A program made the position numbers and the translations under genes. Under the pieces are notes generated by a model. The model was given only the letters and a program-made list of their open reading frames with translations, searched no databases and was not told the DNA's origin. Below, in pieces: positions 59,699 through 64,000 of a stretch of DNA of 64,000 nucleotides. Numbering within the stretch: the first letter of the stretch is position 1; each line of letters opens with the position of its first letter. Source of the DNA: a virus (lineage: Duplodnaviria; Heunggongvirae; Uroviricota; Caudoviricetes); the IMG/VR virus record IMGVR_UViG_3300006100_000010; one strand, given 5' to 3'.

Positions 59699-60325
59699 AT
59701 GGGATATGAGAAAATTAATCTGATCAACAACGCAAGAATCCAAGAAATTTCAGAAAAACTACTAACCAGCGAAATAACAGAAAGAGAAAGAAACGAATTA
59801 GCAACTCTAATCTCTCCAAAGCTTAAAAACTTCATCTGGAAATTCTGTAGAAATGAATTTGATACTGAGGAATCTCTTCAGTGGACTCTAAAAAAGATCT
59901 TCAAAAACGCTTCGCAATTCGATTTTAGTAAAGGCAGGTTTACTACCTGGATATACACGATTGCAAGAAACGAAACCTTGTATTACCTACATTACAAGAA
60001 GAAGAGCTCGGTGCAAGACATAGACGCTCACTATTCTGTTCAAGAAAGAATAGCAGATGATGGGTCTATTATTGAAAGCAAAAAATTACTGGATGACATT
60101 TATGATGTTGTCGTCCATGAGATCAATCAAATAGAGGATGACCTCTTAAGATCCATTGCAGTTGATAAAATGCTACTTAACAAGAAAGTAAAGCAGATCG
60201 CAAGTGATTATGAGCTAAATGAGAACACCGTTAAAACTAAACTGCGTAAGATACGTTACGATGTTCGATTAGCTGTACTCAAGGGAAATCCACAACTTGA
60301 GCAAAAAATACAAGACTTATTATGA
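59699..60325 (+). CDS. ECF-type sigma-70 family sigma factor
   Basis: Region 2 reads FDFSKGRFTTWIYTIARNETLYYL (ECF consensus F..W..IARN). Region 4.2-like reads ...LNENTVKTKLRKIRYDVRLAVL (helix-turn-helix, TVK.RL.R.R pattern). 208 aa. Confidence 0.6.
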   Translation: MGYEKINLINNARIQEISEKLLTSEITERERNELATLISPKLKNFIWKFCRNEFDTEESLQWTLKKIFKNASQFDFSKGRFTTWIYTIARNETLYYLHYKKKSSVQDIDAHYSVQERIADDGSIIESKKLLDDIYDVVVHEINQIEDDLLRSIAVDKMLLNKKVKQIASDYELNENTVKTKLRKIRYDVRLAVLKGNPQLEQKIQDLL

Positions 60326-60789
60326 AAATCAAAGACGTTAATCCGAAAAAGGTCTATCAGGATCTTATTGATTGTGTAACTGAACTCAAACATCACCAAA
60401 AGTACAAGAAAATTATTTTTGGCTTACAGGAGAGTAAAAAGCTCGAAGAAGTCGGTCTTTCCGTTGATGAAGATGCCAATATGTATATTGGAGTCAATCT
60501 TAATCCTGAAATGCTTATGTACACTGATACTGCAAAGGAATCAGTCGAGCTGAGACTAATCTCTGAAAAAATGAAAAAGTACACCGAATTTCTTACACAG
60601 GAGGGCATACTTGATTCAATTAAAATGGATTACGACCGAATCCAAACTGCAGACTTTTACGGATACGTTCTGCAAATAACGTTTGACTACAAAAAATACT
60701 CAAAGAAAAAGTTTAATTTTTCGATCGGCTATTTCGCTGTGATCACTTTACTTGTGATCCTTGGACTTGCATTTGCTATACACAGATAA
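60322..60789 (+). CDS. tail-anchored membrane protein (C-terminal TM helix)
   Basis: 155 aa with a C-terminal hydrophobic helix FSIGYFAVITLLVILGLAFAIHR. It overlaps the sigma gene by 4 nt. Confidence 0.4.
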   Translation: MKIKDVNPKKVYQDLIDCVTELKHHQKYKKIIFGLQESKKLEEVGLSVDEDANMYIGVNLNPEMLMYTDTAKESVELRLISEKMKKYTEFLTQEGILDSIKMDYDRIQTADFYGYVLQITFDYKKYSKKKFNFSIGYFAVITLLVILGLAFAIHR

Positions 60790-60827
60790 CGATCTGTTAC
60801 TAAAATAAATAACTAAAAGAGCAACTT

Positions 60828-61181
60828 ATGAAAAACATAATTGACTTATTAAAGCTTCATGTTTGGAAAGTAACAACTGTTATTTTCCTTTTGCTGTTTC
60901 TATCAAAAGGCTGCACCAGCAACAAGGTGACTAAGCTAGAGAAGGATTACGATTCAAAAACCCTTGTTCTTGAGAGAAAGATTGACTCACTGCAGACCAA
61001 ATTGGACAAGATGCCAACTACTGATCAGGTAAAGGATGCAATGGAAAAGGTGATGTTTGACTACTTGGTATATTCTGAAAAGTCAGATGCAAAGAAGGCA
61101 AGTCTATCAGACATAAAAAAGAGTCTGTCTGAGATAAAAAATAAGATGACGGCAAAGGATGAATTGGATAGAAAAAAATAA
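60828..61181 (+). CDS. membrane/periplasmic coiled-coil protein with an N-terminal signal-anchor ending in Cys (i-spanin or lipoprotein-like candidate)
   Basis: The N-terminus reads VWKVTTVIFLLLFLSKGC, followed by a charged coiled coil (LERKIDSLQTKLDK...). 117 aa. Confidence 0.35.
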   Translation: MKNIIDLLKLHVWKVTTVIFLLLFLSKGCTSNKVTKLEKDYDSKTLVLERKIDSLQTKLDKMPTTDQVKDAMEKVMFDYLVYSEKSDAKKASLSDIKKSLSEIKNKMTAKDELDRKK

Positions 61182-61815
61182 GAACTCGTTAATTCGATCG
61201 GCCTTTTTAATTCCAATACTTGCAGTTGCGGCAATATCAATATCTCACGTAGTTAGCTGGTACGGTCTTGCCAATCCAGTAAGCTGGGCAATTTACTTAT
61301 CGGTTGCCGTTGAAATAGCGGCAATGTCAGCAATTGCAGCAGCCTCAGTAAGAGTTAAGGGCTTTTCTGTGTGGTTTGTTTTTATCATCGTTACCCTAAT
61401 TCAATTCATAGGTAACATCTACTTTAGCTACTCTCACATCGACGTTGCGTCTACCTCTTTTAAAGACTGGTCAGATCTGACTACTCCGATTATTGAATCG
61501 ATGGGAAGCGACATAAGTGATCTTATTGCACAAAGAAGGTTACTTTCCATCCTCGAAGGCGGACTACTTCCGTTAATCTCTCTTACGTGCTTACATTTCT
61601 TCATTAGTTATGAATCTAGAGAAGAGGTTAAGCCGACTCCAGATTCACAATACATTCCAGAAGAGACGCAAAGTCAGCCGGATCCAGTCGTAGAATCTGA
61701 ACCGATTACTGAACTTGCTGAACCAGTTGAGGAAGTTGCTGACCCTGAGCCCAAGAAAGGACTGGATTATACTCGATTGAGCCATACTATGAAAAAAATA
61801 TTCAATAATGATTGA
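61159..61815 (+). CDS. polytopic membrane protein with an acidic C-terminal tail (holin-like candidate)
   Basis: At least 3 predicted TM helices (LIPILAVAAISISHVV; IYLSVAVEIAAMSAIAAASV; FSVWFVFIIVTLIQFIGNIYF; LLPLISLTCLHFFI). The C-terminal tail is D/E/P-rich. Confidence 0.4.
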   Translation: MNWIEKNKNSLIRSAFLIPILAVAAISISHVVSWYGLANPVSWAIYLSVAVEIAAMSAIAAASVRVKGFSVWFVFIIVTLIQFIGNIYFSYSHIDVASTSFKDWSDLTTPIIESMGSDISDLIAQRRLLSILEGGLLPLISLTCLHFFISYESREEVKPTPDSQYIPEETQSQPDPVVESEPITELAEPVEEVADPEPKKGLDYTRLSHTMKKIFNND

Positions 61816-62338
61816 TCTTACCACAATTTGTGATTGTTGCGGCGGTGCTCAACAAGACATACTGCAGCTATTCAATGACCTATGTTTTAAAATAATTAGC
61901 GGCTCGTCAACATCTGATGACTTTTGCATGAACGATTTTGCTTTTCCAGTAGACGGAAATACATGCGTCAGAACAAATGTTGACGCAAACGGTGGAGAGA
62001 TCACAATATTCGATAATGGACTTGACCAACACTCGCCAAGTTCAACGCTGGCTAGTGGACAACTTTATGCTCGTGGAATACTTTTAAAAGTGATCTATCC
62101 TACCTCTGATGCAAATGGCGAAACAATAGACATAACTACAAAGAATTCAGTGTTGACCATACAAAATGGTTCAACTTTGACTGATGTTGAGTATCCTTTG
62201 TACAATTTCTTTGCGATGTTTACTAATCCCAAATCTAATCAGACGAGTCAAGTAATAAATAAAATAAAGATCTCGAACCCAAGCTCTAGTTTTAAAATTA
62301 GAGTAGTGGCTCTGGTCTTATTAGGACAAGCTAACTAA
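61808..62338 (+). CDS. hypothetical protein
   Basis: 176-aa ORF. Confidence 0.35.
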   Translation: MIDLTTICDCCGGAQQDILQLFNDLCFKIISGSSTSDDFCMNDFAFPVDGNTCVRTNVDANGGEITIFDNGLDQHSPSSTLASGQLYARGILLKVIYPTSDANGETIDITTKNSVLTIQNGSTLTDVEYPLYNFFAMFTNPKSNQTSQVINKIKISNPSSSFKIRVVALVLLGQAN

Positions 62339-62352
62339 AAAAACAGAAAACG

Positions 62353-62778
62353 ATGCTAGAGAGCGGCACAGAACTAATAACCCTAGTCCACAACACGGAT
62401 TATTCACCGACATTTGTAAGTACAGATAAAAGACTTCCCAAAGGCCAACCGACTTCGTTAGGCTACTACCAAATAGGAGCAACTCAACAATATGGAGCGG
62501 CAAAGGGACCTATTTTTAAAATAGAATTTGTTGACATATCTGGAATCGGTGCAGGTTCAACTCACGTAAAAATATGGGGAATCGATACTCCGGATGACTC
62601 AACTCTTGCTCCACTATATCCTGTTTCTTATTTGACTTCAGGAAATGGATTACACAGCACAATTCCAGTGTACCTTAAAAAGTTTTTGTTTTGCAACTCT
62701 TCTGGAGTAATGCAAACTCCTTCTGGTGCTTATACTGTCGTTGGATATAAGAGAAAATCAATGCAAACCGTTTGGTAA
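62353..62778 (+). CDS. hypothetical protein
   Basis: 141-aa ORF. Confidence 0.35.
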   Translation: MLESGTELITLVHNTDYSPTFVSTDKRLPKGQPTSLGYYQIGATQQYGAAKGPIFKIEFVDISGIGAGSTHVKIWGIDTPDDSTLAPLYPVSYLTSGNGLHSTIPVYLKKFLFCNSSGVMQTPSGAYTVVGYKRKSMQTVW

Positions 62779-63242
62779 TGAAGAACTTCGTATACGAAAA
62801 TTATATTTCTCCTTTAGTAAACCGCGGTGATTTCACCAGGGGAATTCCATTTTATGGAACTAAGGGCGATTTTAATTTTACGATGGGTCGAAGCCAATTC
62901 ACTCCAGGAATCTCTATAAAGCAGGTACCTCTTCAAGATCTGTCAGTCCGAGGCGACTCAGGCTTCACTGAGCTCGATATGAGTATCAATAAGCTAAAGA
63001 AATATTTTAAGCCTGGAGATAGAGTAAGGGGCATCCTGATTAATTCTCAATTAGGAGAGGATGCTGGCACAATGGTCGTCGGTAAATTACTAAAGATCCA
63101 ACCAGACTATGCAAATCAGGCAATCCGTGCCTGGATCAAAAATCCCAAGACTCTTAAGTCACAGGAGATCTACATTGAAACGATTGAAAAGGTTTACGAA
63201 GGCTTTAGAGCGCTTTCATTCACTCAATTCGTAAATTCCTAA
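62772..63242 (+). CDS. hypothetical protein
   Basis: 156-aa ORF. It overlaps the upstream ORF by 7 nt. Confidence 0.35.
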   Translation: MVMKNFVYENYISPLVNRGDFTRGIPFYGTKGDFNFTMGRSQFTPGISIKQVPLQDLSVRGDSGFTELDMSINKLKKYFKPGDRVRGILINSQLGEDAGTMVVGKLLKIQPDYANQAIRAWIKNPKTLKSQEIYIETIEKVYEGFRALSFTQFVNS

Positions 63243-63311
63243 TCCGCTTACTTAATTTTATTGAAACCTATACTCTTATCTTCGTTATAAGATTAAAAAA
63301 ATGGGTAACCC

Positions 63312-64000
63312 ATGCAAACAATTGACGACTCTGTAGCAAAGGAAATGCTAGAAGAGCAAGATCGAATTCACGGAATTAACGGGAAAGACGACACAGTAAC
63401 CGAAACTATAAAAGAAAGTGAACCTGTCACAAGTCTAGGCAAAGCCCCTAGCTATTCTCCTGTTCAGGAGTCAGCGTTTGGTGAATCTCCTTGGAAGATA
63501 CTTAACCTAAATCTTCTTCCATCACAGGGATTGTTTTATCCAGAAGACGCTGAACTCTTAATTAGATCAGCAAAGGTAAAAGAAATTAGACACTGGTCTA
63601 CAATCGATGAATCCGATCCAGTAGACGTTAGAGAAAAGATCAACCTAATACTCAATTCTTGTACCAAATTTAGAGTAAAAGGAAGCAATACTCCACTAAA
63701 CATAAATGATTTTTTGGAAGTAGACCGATATCACATACTCTTTAGAATATACGAACTCACATTTCCTAATCAGGAAAACAAGCTTTGGGCATACATCAAG
63801 TGTGAAAATCCAACCTGTAATCACACAAATAAGACCCAGGTAACAAGTCAAAATTTGGCAGGCTTTAAGTACCCATCTGAATTGATGAAATGGTATTCAC
63901 CAGCAGATAGATGCTTTGTTATTAGATCTGAAAAGCTTAACGACACATTCAATCTCTATTTACCTAATTTGGGAATGTCTTCAAAGTTTAGACTTAAGAG
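63312..64000 (+). CDS. hypothetical protein, 3'-truncated by the window edge; weak gp32-type ssDNA-binding protein resemblance
   Basis: ATG at 63312, open to the end of the window, with an acidic N-terminus. ...PWKILNLNLLPSQG... resembles T4 gp32 ...EWKLKLD...IRFLPSKN. Later Cys/His residues (CENPTCNH) could form a Zn site. It is absent from the ORF track because it has no in-window stop. Confidence 0.3.
   Translation, partial: MQTIDDSVAKEMLEEQDRIHGINGKDDTVTETIKESEPVTSLGKAPSYSPVQESAFGESPWKILNLNLLPSQGLFYPEDAELLIRSAKVKEIRHWSTIDESDPVDVREKINLILNSCTKFRVKGSNTPLNINDFLEVDRYHILFRIYELTFPNQENKLWAYIKCENPTCNHTNKTQVTSQNLAGFKYPSELMKWYSPADRCFVIRSEKLNDTFNLYLPNLGMSSKFRLK

Overview
This window is a 64 kb stretch of a large, AT-rich (roughly 35% GC) tailed dsDNA phage genome. 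It looks like a jumbo myovirus distantly related to T4: it has a gp17-like large terminase, a gp55-like late sigma factor and sheath/tube candidates. The host is probably an AT-rich bacterium, possibly of the Bacteroidetes or marine type; this is a guess.

Layout:
- **1 to about 22,640 (minus strand):** a continuous array of early, metabolic and auxiliary genes. It carries class I ribonucleotide reductase nrdA and nrdB, split by a free-standing GIY-YIG homing endonuclease. It also carries an S1-domain RNA-binding protein, a 1483-aa coiled-coil/transmembrane protein, a GroEL chaperonin, and a PD-(D/E)XK nuclease next to a DnaQ-like exonuclease. A block of five proteins I cannot assign follows, then a DNPH1/nucleoside-deoxyribosyltransferase-like protein and an SPFH/flotillin protein. 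A tightly packed operon encodes a UvdE UV endonuclease, a Prs-like protein, a macro domain and a NAMPT-like protein. That gene set resembles the recently described phage NAD+ reconstitution (NARP) pathways, though the Prs/Adps and NAMPT/Namat assignments are not resolved.
- **About 22,644 to 22,886:** a divergent intergenic control region with short palindromes and an unusual GC-rich/poly-CCCA segment.
- **22,887 to 42,031 (plus strand):** a late module with a RuvC-like resolvase, a T4 gp55-like late sigma factor, and six translationally coupled structural proteins of 325 to 1747 aa. The last is a collagen-like tail fiber.
- **Further right:** sheath and tube candidates, a second tube-fold protein, a glycine-rich beta-helical fiber (minus strand), a metallopeptidase island (minus strand), a phage-encoded tmRNA (minus strand, about 54,224 to 54,638) with its own terminator, a candidate small terminase, the large terminase, an ECF-type sigma factor, a cluster of small membrane proteins (lysis candidates) and a 3'-truncated ORF with weak similarity to gp32-type SSB.

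I saw no CRISPR array, integrase, rRNA or canonical tRNA genes.
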